Translations under genes and position numbers: made by a program
Notes under the pieces: model-generated
Told to the model about the DNA's origin: nothing
Seen by the model: the letters and a program-made list of their open reading frames with translations, nothing else
The model's database searches: none
In this document: piece after piece, positions 7,829 through 15,535 of the stretch
Numbering within the stretch: the stretch's first letter is position 1
Layout: every line of letters starts with the position of its first letter
Source of the DNA: Coprobacillaceae bacterium
GTDB taxonomy: Bacteria; Bacillota_I; Bacilli_A; Erysipelotrichales; Coprobacillaceae
DNA: 32,000 nucleotides
Direction of reading: 5' to 3'
Assembly (NCBI GenBank): GCA_963675915.1
Contig: OY780959.1
Coordinates: 2,040,001 to 2,072,000, forward strand

Positions 7829-9725
7829 TTTCTATCTTCAAAACCCTTTCGTTTTTATTATTCTTGACTTCAGCATTCATGATAACTTTGGTTGGTGAAG
7901 TAACAACCACGACGACCTCATCTGAGAGACCAGCATCTTCAATGATTTTTCGGTTGATTTGCATCAATTTGTCTCCAGCTTTAACAACCTGTCCCGGAAC
8001 CACCGCTGCGCTAAACGGCTTCCCGTCAAGTGATACAGTATCAATACCGACATGAACCAATATCTCCAGCCCGTTTTCGTCTGCAAGTCCGATTGCATGT
8101 TTGCAAGGATAAATAAATACCACTTTCCCATTGATTGGTGATACAAGCTCGCCATCTTCCGGGAATACCACAAATCCATCACCCAGGGTTTTATTCGCAA
8201 ACGCTTCATCGCTGCATTTTTCCAACGGCATTACCAAACCATTGATTGGTGAAACCACCTCATTATTTCCCAGCATTTCTGCCGCGATTTCAGCAGAGCC
8301 ACTTAATTGAGCTTCTTTTTTGGTATTTCGTTTATGTAGTACTATTGTCACTCCAAATGATACGATAAATGATACAATAATCCCAATCCAAAAATTCAAT
8401 TGTGAATCAACCGGGAATGAGATGAATCCAGGAATTCCGGCTGCTCCAAGAGCAATCGCCTTGGTTTTGGTCGCCGCCATCCATGCCGACCCTACTGCCG
8501 CTCCGATACATGATCCAATAAACGGATATTTCAATTTCAAGGTTACCCCGAACATTGCCGGTTCCGTAATTCCAAGCAATGCCGAAACCCCTGATGCCGA
8601 ACAAACTGATTTCAACTTTTGATTATTTGTCAAAAACAATACCGCCAAAACCGCAGCCCCTTGAGCCATATTTGAACATGATGCGGTCGGGAATATAAAC
8701 GTACCTCCCGTATTGGCAAGATCTGCCAACAACGTTGTTTCAATGGCAATGAAACTATGATGCATTCCCGTAATAACCAATGGTGCATAAAATAATCCCA
8801 GGATTCCCCCGCCCAAAAAGCCAAGCGAATCATATAACCAGGTCATCCCACTGGCAAGCTGATTTCCTGCCACGCGCATAACCGGACCAATAACCACAAA
8901 TGTCAGAATTCCGGTAATCAGAATAGATAACAACGGTGTCGTCAGGTTATCAAGCCAGATCGGGGTATGACGGTGAAGTCTTTTCTCGATATTCGCCAAT
9001 ACCCATGAAGACACCAGGACTGGTAAAACAGTTCCTTGATAACCGACCGCTTCGACATTCAACCCCAGGAAATTCCATGACGGAATTTCGACTCCGATAC
9101 CGCCATAACTATAGGCATTCAATAAAGCGGGATGTACCATCAACATACCCAAAGCAGCTCCTAAAAACGCATTTCCGCCAAATTTTCTAGTTGCACTAAA
9201 TCCAATCAGGACTGGTAGAAATACGAAGGGTGCGTTGGCACACATATTGATAAATCCTGCCACATCCGCTAATCCGGGATTAGCTTCAATAACACTCATT
9301 CCTTGATAGAATAATCCTTGTGATGTCAACAAGTTGTTGATTCCCATCAATAGCCCGCCAGCCACGATTGCCGGAATGATCGGGACGAAAATATCACTGA
9401 GCGTGTTGACAAATCGCTGCAGCAAGTTTCCTTCCTCTTTCTCATTTTCTTCATCAACTACTAAAGCATCCCCGCCAATTCCGGTCAGCTTCAAAGCCTG
9501 CTCACATACCAGATTGACAACGCCAGATCCCAGTATGATCTGATACTGTCCTTTGTTATTGAAAGTCCCCTTTACTCCCTCAATATCGGTTACTTTCTCA
9601 TCATCAATTTTTGCATTGTCTTTAACGACAATTCTTAATCTTGTTGCGCAGTGGAATATCTGATTGATATTTTCTTTTCCCCCTACAGCTTCAATAATTT
9701 TTTTAGCTACTGCATTATAATCCAT
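7821..9725 (-). CDS. scrA: PTS sucrose-specific transporter, fused EIIB-EIIC-EIIA
   Basis: EIIB motif CATRLR near the N-terminus, a long polytopic EIIC, and a C-terminal EIIA-Glc-like domain (HAIGL...ILVHVGIDTV). ATG 9725 has a GGAGGAG RBS. The track's longer start at 9779 lies in the promoter. Confidence 0.9.
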   Translation of the reverse strand: MDYNAVAKKIIEAVGGKENINQIFHCATRLRIVVKDNAKIDDEKVTDIEGVKGTFNNKGQYQIILGSGVVNLVCEQALKLTGIGGDALVVDEENEKEEGNLLQRFVNTLSDIFVPIIPAIVAGGLLMGINNLLTSQGLFYQGMSVIEANPGLADVAGFINMCANAPFVFLPVLIGFSATRKFGGNAFLGAALGMLMVHPALLNAYSYGGIGVEIPSWNFLGLNVEAVGYQGTVLPVLVSSWVLANIEKRLHRHTPIWLDNLTTPLLSILITGILTFVVIGPVMRVAGNQLASGMTWLYDSLGFLGGGILGLFYAPLVITGMHHSFIAIETTLLADLANTGGTFIFPTASCSNMAQGAAVLAVLFLTNNQKLKSVCSASGVSALLGITEPAMFGVTLKLKYPFIGSCIGAAVGSAWMAATKTKAIALGAAGIPGFISFPVDSQLNFWIGIIVSFIVSFGVTIVLHKRNTKKEAQLSGSAEIAAEMLGNNEVVSPINGLVMPLEKCSDEAFANKTLGDGFVVFPEDGELVSPINGKVVFIYPCKHAIGLADENGLEILVHVGIDTVSLDGKPFSAAVVPGQVVKAGDKLMQINRKIIEDAGLSDEVVVVVTSPTKVIMNAEVKNNKNERVLKIENE

Positions 9726-9740
9726 TTTATCTCCTCCTAG

Positions 9741-9756
9741 ATGGGAACGGTCCCAT
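9741..9756. promoter_or_regulatory. LacI-type operator candidate in the scrA leader
   Basis: Near-palindrome ATGGGAACGGTCCCAT with a central CG, located between the -10 element and the RBS of scrA. Confidence 0.5.
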
Positions 9757-9769
9757 AAATTACAATTAC

Positions 9770-9798
9770 ACTCTACCAAACGTTTTGCGTACTGTCAA
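9770..9798 (-). promoter_or_regulatory. SigA-type promoter of scrA-scrB
   Basis: On the minus strand: TTGACA (9798-9793), 17 nt, TAGAGT (9775-9770). Confidence 0.6.
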
Positions 9799-9807
9799 GA
9801 GAAAATG

Positions 9808-9821
9808 TGGAACCGTTTCCA
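9808..9821. promoter_or_regulatory. LacI-type operator / cre-like palindrome upstream of the scrA -35
   Basis: TGGAACCGTTTCCA. The half-sites match 6 of 7 around a central CG and resemble the cre/LacI-family operator pattern TGNAANCGNTNNCA. Confidence 0.5.
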
Positions 9822-9846
9822 TATTTTCTAAAACAAAAGGTCAAGA

Positions 9847-10833
9847 TTATTTCTTGACACTTTCACCGATAATACATTTATAGCCAATCACTTGGCTTGG
9901 CTTAGCTGCTCCTCCTTTGATCATGTTGATAATCGTCTCAACAGCCAGTTCCCCTGCATATTCACTTTCAAATCGGAATGTAGTTATGCTTGGCGTTAGC
10001 AATGCCGAAATATCATAGCCACCAAAACCAATCAACGAGACATCTGACGGAATTTTCTTGTTACGGCGATTCAATTCATTAAATGCCGCCATCGCCATCC
10101 GGTCGGTTGAGCAGATAATTGCATCGTACTTTTCTTGATTAAGTTGGTATGCAATCACATCTCTGGTCTTGTCAAACGAAAAATCCGATTCAATGACTTC
10201 ATAGTTTGATACGCCCTGCGATTTCAAACCGGCGATTATTCCTTCTTTTCGATATTTTCCAATAGCAACGTCGTCAATATTGACACTTACAATCAAAACA
10301 TTTTGGGGGGCACTTTGTCCTATTATGGTTCCGGCATCGTATCCGGCATTGTAGTCATCATTGATAATCGAAACATGTCCGTCGACATCCTGGCCTACAA
10401 AAACGAAGGGAATCCCGATTTTATTTACCATTTCCCGATGTTCTTGAGTCACTTTTGTTGCCAATAATATTATTCCATCTACATTCATTTGCCATAGTCT
10501 ATTGATTGAAGCAAGTTCTCTTTCAATTGAATGATTTGTATTTACCACAATTGAGCGATAGCCCTCTGATATCAGCTTTTCGTCGATATTCATCAGGATT
10601 CGGGACGTTATTGTCGAGTCGAAACATGGCGCAATCACTCCAATCAATTTCGATTCTTTAGCTTTCAAACTGGCGGCAAACTGATTTGGACGATAGTCGT
10701 AAGCCTCAATTACTTTCCTGATTTTTTCCCTTGTTTCCTCTTTAACGTAGCCTTCGTTAAAGTAGCGGGAAACCGTAGATTTACCTACCCCCGATAGTTT
10801 CGCAATGTCATTAATTGTCAATTTTTTCTTCAT
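9847..10833 (-). CDS. scrR: LacI family transcriptional regulator (sucrose operon repressor-like)
   Basis: N-terminal HTH LTINDIAKLSGVGKSTVSRYFN, followed by a periplasmic-binding-protein-like sugar domain. Sits directly upstream of scrA-scrB. Confidence 0.8.
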   Translation of the reverse strand: MKKKLTINDIAKLSGVGKSTVSRYFNEGYVKEETREKIRKVIEAYDYRPNQFAASLKAKESKLIGVIAPCFDSTITSRILMNIDEKLISEGYRSIVVNTNHSIERELASINRLWQMNVDGIILLATKVTQEHREMVNKIGIPFVFVGQDVDGHVSIINDDYNAGYDAGTIIGQSAPQNVLIVSVNIDDVAIGKYRKEGIIAGLKSQGVSNYEVIESDFSFDKTRDVIAYQLNQEKYDAIICSTDRMAMAAFNELNRRNKKIPSDVSLIGFGGYDISALLTPSITTFRFESEYAGELAVETIINMIKGGAAKPSQVIGYKCIIGESVKK

Positions 10834-10936
10834 ATCTGCTCCCCTTGATTCTTAATAATATAATATCATAATTTATACCCCAATAACAGTAACCTGTAAC
10901 AATCATTCTTTAGTAGGCGCTTCGAGGCGATACTAT

Positions 10937-10965
10937 TTGACAAATAATTGATTTACCGTTAGAAT
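10937..10965 (+). promoter_or_regulatory. SigA-type promoter of the metG leader
   Basis: TTGACA (10937-10942), 17 nt, TAGAAT (10960-10965). Confidence 0.65.
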
Positions 10966-10974
10966 TATTAAGAA

Positions 10975-11186
10975 AATGCGATGATTGAAAGAAACAATTT
11001 CGAGCTTTTTAGAGAATCAGTGGGTGGTGGAAACTGATAAGCGAGGATTGCCGAATGGTTCATGAGCAGATATCTCGATATGTAGGGATAAACGTTGGCG
11101 GCGTTAACGCTTTAAGTGACACAGATATGTGTAATAAAGGTGGTACCGCGAACTAGTTCGTCCTTTAATTGGGTACTTTTTTTATT
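10975..11186 (+). promoter_or_regulatory. T-box leader (tRNA-sensing riboswitch), presumably Met-specific
   Basis: GA/K-turn motif GCGATGA (10978-10984), AGAGA box (11011-11015), distal helix ATCAGT/ACTGAT, and T-box sequence AAAGGTGGTACCGCG (11136-11150). Downstream helix ends in T7 (11177-11183). Candidate AUG specifiers at 11055-11057 and 11062-11064. Confidence 0.8.
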
Positions 11187-11200
11187 TTTAGGAGGAAAAT

Positions 11201-13132
11201 ATGAAAAATAAAAACGATTATTATTTAACAACAGCAATAACGTACACATCCGGAAAGCCTCATATCGGAAATACATATGAAATCATTCTGGCTGATGCGG
11301 TTGCCCGTTTTAAACGTCAGGAAGGTTACAACGTCTATTTCCAAACCGGGACCGACGAGCATGGTCAAAAAATTGAGGACAAAGCCAAAGCGGCTAATGT
11401 TCCCCCACGTCAATTTGTCGATGAAATTGCCAAAGACGTTAAAAGAATCTGGGACCGTATGGACACATCTTATGACTATTTCATCAGAACAACTGAAGAA
11501 TATCATGAAAAACAAGTTCAAAAAATCTTCAAGAAACTTTACGACCAAGGTGATATTTATCTAGGTCATTACGAAGGAAAATACTGCAAGGCCTGTGAAA
11601 GTTTCTTCACCGAAAGCCAACTTGTTGACGGACAATGTCCTGATTGCGGTGGTCCGGTTGAAGATGCCAAAGAAGAAGCATATTTCTTCAAACTTTCAAA
11701 ATATGCAGATCGTTTGATCAAACATATCAATGATAATCCGGAATTCATCCAGCCGGTTTCCCGCAAAAACGAGATGATGAATAACTTCCTGTTACCGGGA
11801 TTGCAAGACTTGTGTGTTTCAAGAACTTCATTCACCTGGTCGATTCCAGTTGATTTCGATCCTAAACATGTAGTCTATGTCTGGATTGATGCCCTTTCCA
11901 ATTATATTACCGGTCTGGGTTATGATGTCGATGGCAACCACGGCGAACTTTACAAGAAATTCTGGCCTGCCGATGTCCATATCATCGGAAAAGATATCGT
12001 AAGATTCCATACTATCTACTGGCCAATAATGTTGATGGCTCTGGATATCCCTTTACCTAAACAAGTGTTCGGACACCCTTGGTTGCTTCAAGGAGATTCA
12101 AAAATGTCCAAATCTAAAGGTAATGTCATCTATGCCGATGATTTAGTTGATATTTTCGGTGTTGACGCAACACGATACTATGTGCTTTCAGAAATCCCAT
12201 ACGACAATGACGGCTCTTTGACTTGGGAACTTGTTATCGAAAAGATCAATACCGATCTCGCCAATACCCTTGGAAACCTGGTCAACCGTACTATTGCAAT
12301 GGAAAACAAATACTTCGACGGGATTGTCAACAATCCTCAAGTCGTAGCCGATGTTGATGAAGAGTTGAAAGAGACGGTACTCAACATGGTTACTAAAGTC
12401 AAAGAATATGCTGACGATTTCAAAATCGCCAAAGCAATTGATGAGATCATGGTGGCCTTACGTCGTACCAACAAATATATCGATGAAACCACTCCTTGGA
12501 TCTTAGCTAAAGATGAAGCTCAACATGACCGTCTGGCAACTGTACTTTATAACTTGATTGAAGCTATCCGCTTTAGCGCAATTGCTCTTTATCCATATAT
12601 TCCTGCCAGCGCGACTTCAATCTTGGACCAAATCAACACTCAAAACCGAGAATTCAAATCTCTAGATTCTTTTGGAGGTTATGAAGTTGGCAATAAAGTA
12701 ACTGACAAACCGGAAGTATTGTTTGCCCGTCTTGATCCAAAAGAAATTGCATCTAAAATCGAAGCAATTAAACCTGCGGCGAAAAAAGAAGATAAAAAGG
12801 AAGCTGACGAAAATCAAATCACTATCGATGATTTCAAGAAAATCGAATTTGTAGTCGGAACAATCGAAAAATGTGAAAAGCATCCTGATGCGTCAAAATT
12901 ACTGGTTAGTCAAATCAATATCGGTACCGAAACTCGCCAGATTGTCTCAGGGATAGCTGCTCACTACAATCCGGAAGATCTTATCGGTAAAAAAGTAATC
13001 GTAGTTAAGAACTTAAAGCCAGCCAAATTACGCGGGGTCGAATCGCAAGGAATGATTTTGGCAGGAACATCTAAAAAAATAATTGAATTGCCTACTTTGG
13101 ACAAATTACCAAACGGAACTAAAGTATCGTAA
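11201..13132 (+). CDS. metG: Methionine--tRNA ligase with C-terminal tRNA-binding (Trbp111/EMAP-like) domain
   Basis: HIGH-type motif PHIGN, KMSKS motif present, zinc knuckle CKACE...CPDCG, C-terminal GVESQGMIL. AGGAGG RBS. Confidence 0.95.
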   Translation: MKNKNDYYLTTAITYTSGKPHIGNTYEIILADAVARFKRQEGYNVYFQTGTDEHGQKIEDKAKAANVPPRQFVDEIAKDVKRIWDRMDTSYDYFIRTTEEYHEKQVQKIFKKLYDQGDIYLGHYEGKYCKACESFFTESQLVDGQCPDCGGPVEDAKEEAYFFKLSKYADRLIKHINDNPEFIQPVSRKNEMMNNFLLPGLQDLCVSRTSFTWSIPVDFDPKHVVYVWIDALSNYITGLGYDVDGNHGELYKKFWPADVHIIGKDIVRFHTIYWPIMLMALDIPLPKQVFGHPWLLQGDSKMSKSKGNVIYADDLVDIFGVDATRYYVLSEIPYDNDGSLTWELVIEKINTDLANTLGNLVNRTIAMENKYFDGIVNNPQVVADVDEELKETVLNMVTKVKEYADDFKIAKAIDEIMVALRRTNKYIDETTPWILAKDEAQHDRLATVLYNLIEAIRFSAIALYPYIPASATSILDQINTQNREFKSLDSFGGYEVGNKVTDKPEVLFARLDPKEIASKIEAIKPAAKKEDKKEADENQITIDDFKKIEFVVGTIEKCEKHPDASKLLVSQINIGTETRQIVSGIAAHYNPEDLIGKKVIVVKNLKPAKLRGVESQGMILAGTSKKIIELPTLDKLPNGTKVS

Positions 13133-14121
13133 TGATATTCAAGAAAGAGAAATGGCTTAAACAGTTGCGTGAAAACAAAACTTTTTGGCCGTTTCTCACC
13201 AATTATTCTATCGTCCAAAGCAAAAATTCCTACGTTCATTATTTTTCCCACCCCGAAGACCTGGCCAACATTATTCAAAATAGCACGAAACAATACGAGT
13301 TACCTGCAAAAATGCTGCCGATGGATTTGACTATGGAGGCCGAGTGTTTTGGCCCGTTGACAATTTTCCACGTCAAATCATTGCCACAAATAATCAGCCC
13401 TGTAACCCTGGAAGATATTTTGGCACTGGCAGGACCAAAGTTTAAATCCAATCGCTATCTAACTTATATTAAGACTGTTGAAATACTCGCAGCTGCAAGT
13501 GAGGATCCTACAATCTGTTTTGTTACTGGTCCATTCACAATCTTGGCTCAACTAGTATCAACTTCCCAAATTAAGAAGGAGTTGATCAACAACAAGCTGC
13601 TGGGACAAGCTCTTGATATCGTGACGGAGTTTTTGATTTGCTATATTCAAGAACTCAAGGAAAAAGGATTGAACGGCTTTGTTTTCTGTGAGCCGTATGT
13701 CCAAGTATTATCCAAACATCAGATATTGAAATATTCGACAAACTATATTGAAGCTGTCAAAACTAAGTTTCCCGAGTTGGTCTTTGGCTATCATAGCTGC
13801 GTTGATAATGTCAGCAAACTGCATCCGACCATCGCCAAGCTTAATCCTGATATCGTCTCAGTAGGCAATGATGAAAACTTGGAACAAACATTCGATTTCG
13901 TCCTGGATTCTACAGTGGTGATCGGGAATATTTCTCCGCTTGATATTTTAGTCAAGGACGATATTTCGACCGCCCGGATCAAAATGCACACTGAGCTTGA
14001 GAAATACCGCAATCATCCCAACTTTATCCCCGGATTCAGTTGTTCGATTCCTCCAAACAGCAAGAAGAAAAACCTGGAGGAACTGGTGACATTTTTCACC
14101 AAAGCCGCCCCAAGCCGATAA
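13132..14121 (+). CDS. Uroporphyrinogen decarboxylase (URO-D) superfamily protein, MtaA/MT2-like putative zinc methyltransferase
   Basis: Family-like blocks MDLTMEAECFG, TGPFTILAQL, YHSCVDN (HxC), VIGNISPLDIL, GFSCSIPP. The ATG overlaps the metG stop (TAATG). Confidence 0.6.
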   Translation: MIFKKEKWLKQLRENKTFWPFLTNYSIVQSKNSYVHYFSHPEDLANIIQNSTKQYELPAKMLPMDLTMEAECFGPLTIFHVKSLPQIISPVTLEDILALAGPKFKSNRYLTYIKTVEILAAASEDPTICFVTGPFTILAQLVSTSQIKKELINNKLLGQALDIVTEFLICYIQELKEKGLNGFVFCEPYVQVLSKHQILKYSTNYIEAVKTKFPELVFGYHSCVDNVSKLHPTIAKLNPDIVSVGNDENLEQTFDFVLDSTVVIGNISPLDILVKDDISTARIKMHTELEKYRNHPNFIPGFSCSIPPNSKKKNLEELVTFFTKAAPSR

Positions 14122-14126
14122 AACAA

Positions 14127-14155
14127 TTGTCTAGCGACATAATTTAAGTTATAAT
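14127..14155 (+). promoter_or_regulatory. SigA-type promoter of the riboswitch-lipoprotein unit
   Basis: TTGTCT (14127-14132), 17 nt, TATAAT (14150-14155). Confidence 0.6.
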
Positions 14156-14170
14156 TTAATAGTCTTTCAA

Positions 14171-14290
14171 ATATGGAATTAGGTTTAAATCCTAAGCGGA
14201 TCCGCCGCCGTAATGTAGAGAAATGCAAAAATACCACTGGTATCTACCGGGAAGGTTGCATGACGTTGAAGCTAAGCCGGAATACTTTTT
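14171..14290 (+). promoter_or_regulatory. Cobalamin (B12) riboswitch
   Basis: AGGTTTAAATCCTAAGCGGATCCGCCGCCGTAATG (14181-14215) parallels the conserved GGUGAAAAUCC...GCGG.CCCGCCACUGUAA core. Also CCACTGG (14234-14240), CCGGGAAGG (14247-14255) and the B12-box-like AAGCCGGAA (14274-14282). Confidence 0.75.
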
Positions 14291-14317
14291 GGAAGAGAGA
14301 AAAAGGAGATATTAGAT

Positions 14318-14695
14318 ATGAAAAAAATCACAGCATTACTACTTACTTTGGTATTGTCATTTTCACTGGTTGGATGTACTTCATCAACTGCAAATACCGA
14401 TGAAATCACGGTAACAGTTGAAGTTCAAAGCGAACGAGACAATTATGATTCTTCAACTGATTACACTACTGATGAAGCAACTTTGGCTGATTTGCTTAAA
14501 GCTGAAGACCTTGTAGATTACGAAGACAGCGAATATGGGATGTTTATCCATGGCGTTGCCGGAATGCAAGACAATTCAGCAGAAGAATACTGGTGGAGCC
14601 TCTCGGTTGATGGTGAAATGGCAATGACCGGAGCAGATGGTATCGAACTGGCTGACAATTCGACATACACTTTAACCTTGGTGCAAGGATACTAA
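14318..14695 (+). CDS. DUF4430-like surface lipoprotein (candidate corrinoid-binding protein)
   Basis: Lipobox LVGC after a signal peptide. C-terminal WWSLSVDGEMAMTGADGIELADNSTYTL resembles the DUF4430 pattern as I recall it. Sits directly behind a cobalamin riboswitch. Confidence 0.6.
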   Translation: MKKITALLLTLVLSFSLVGCTSSTANTDEITVTVEVQSERDNYDSSTDYTTDEATLADLLKAEDLVDYEDSEYGMFIHGVAGMQDNSAEEYWWSLSVDGEMAMTGADGIELADNSTYTLTLVQGY

Positions 14696-14749
14696 AAAAA
14701 ACCGGATGGCGGTTGTTCATTTAAGATGAACCCGCTATCCGGTTTTTTT
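14694..14749. terminator. Bidirectional terminator between the lipoprotein gene and deoC
   Basis: A7-CCGGATGGCGG ... CCGCTATCCGG-T7 long inverted repeat. Confidence 0.8.
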
Positions 14750-14756
14750 ATTACTG

Positions 14757-15422
14757 TTAATATCCTGTTGAATCCAGGCCTTTTAAGATATTGATTGCTC
14801 TAGAAGTTCCCAATCGGTCACATCCCAATTCGAGGAAGTGTACGAGATCATCAACTGTACTGATTCCCCCGGCAGCTTTGATTTTCACATCCGGTCCAAT
14901 ATGTTCCTTGAACAGCTTGATATCGTCGAATGTCGCACCTGCTGTTCCAAATCCTGTCGATGTTTTAATATAATCAGCTTTGGCATCGGTAACGGCTTTG
15001 CACATGGCAATTTTTTCAGTTTCGTCAAGATAACAGGTTTCAATAATCACTTTCAGGATTTTGTCACCGCAGAGATTCTTAAGTTCCCTGATTTCATCTT
15101 CCACTTTTTGATAGTCACCGTTTTTCACATCGGAGATGTTTACCACCATGTCGATTTCTTCGGCCCCGTTGTCCAAGGCGTCGCTCACTTCCTGCAATTT
15201 CGACCTAGTCGAATTATATCCGAGCGGGAAGCCAACAACTGTACAGATTGTGACCGTATCACCGTAGGTTTCCTGCACTCTCTTGACATAACTTTGAGGA
15301 ATGCAAACTGATGCAACGTCATATTCTACTGCATCTCCAACCAACTCCTGAATCTGATGCCATGTAGCGGTAGGTTTTAAAAGAGTATGATCAACATGTT
15401 TCAATATTTCTTCTTTTGTCAT
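14757..15422 (-). CDS. deoC: Deoxyribose-phosphate aldolase
   Basis: HTLLKP, ASVCIP, Schiff-base region DYIKTSTGF, KIKAAGGI. 221 aa is a typical length. Confidence 0.9.
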   Translation of the reverse strand: MTKEEILKHVDHTLLKPTATWHQIQELVGDAVEYDVASVCIPQSYVKRVQETYGDTVTICTVVGFPLGYNSTRSKLQEVSDALDNGAEEIDMVVNISDVKNGDYQKVEDEIRELKNLCGDKILKVIIETCYLDETEKIAMCKAVTDAKADYIKTSTGFGTAGATFDDIKLFKEHIGPDVKIKAAGGISTVDDLVHFLELGCDRLGTSRAINILKGLDSTGY

Positions 15423-15535
15423 ATTAATATCTATCCAAACCTTTGTTCAGATATCCTCCTGATTATTATCTTTACCATTATCTTAACATATCACTTCCAT
15501 CGATTAAACGTCTGGTGACATTATTATCGGTCTTA

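Noticed and set aside
9726-9779. Longer 5' starts offered by the ORF track: scrA 9779, secreted paralogue 4632, permease 16795, parA 19436, mnmG 28150, tatD 30021, anti-sigma 5563.
   Set aside because: In each case an internal ATG has a properly spaced Shine-Dalgarno and gives the family-typical N-terminus. The longer starts fall in promoters, RBSs or the preceding gene.
13364-13379. parS-like sequence TTTTCCACGTCAAATC.
   Set aside because: Only 12 of 16 matches to TGTTNCACGTGAAACA, and the palindrome is broken. It sits inside the MT2-like gene, so it is probably chance. TGTTTCAC at 28131-28138 is a lone half-site.
14173-14403. 76-aa ORF spanning the region upstream of the lipoprotein gene.
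   Set aside because: It coincides with the cobalamin riboswitch and is out of frame with the lipoprotein gene. RNA structure explains the sequence better.
14838-15311. 157-aa plus-strand ORF opposite deoC.
   Set aside because: Shadow ORF fully nested antisense to a gene with clear DeoC motifs. No RBS and no recognisable motifs.
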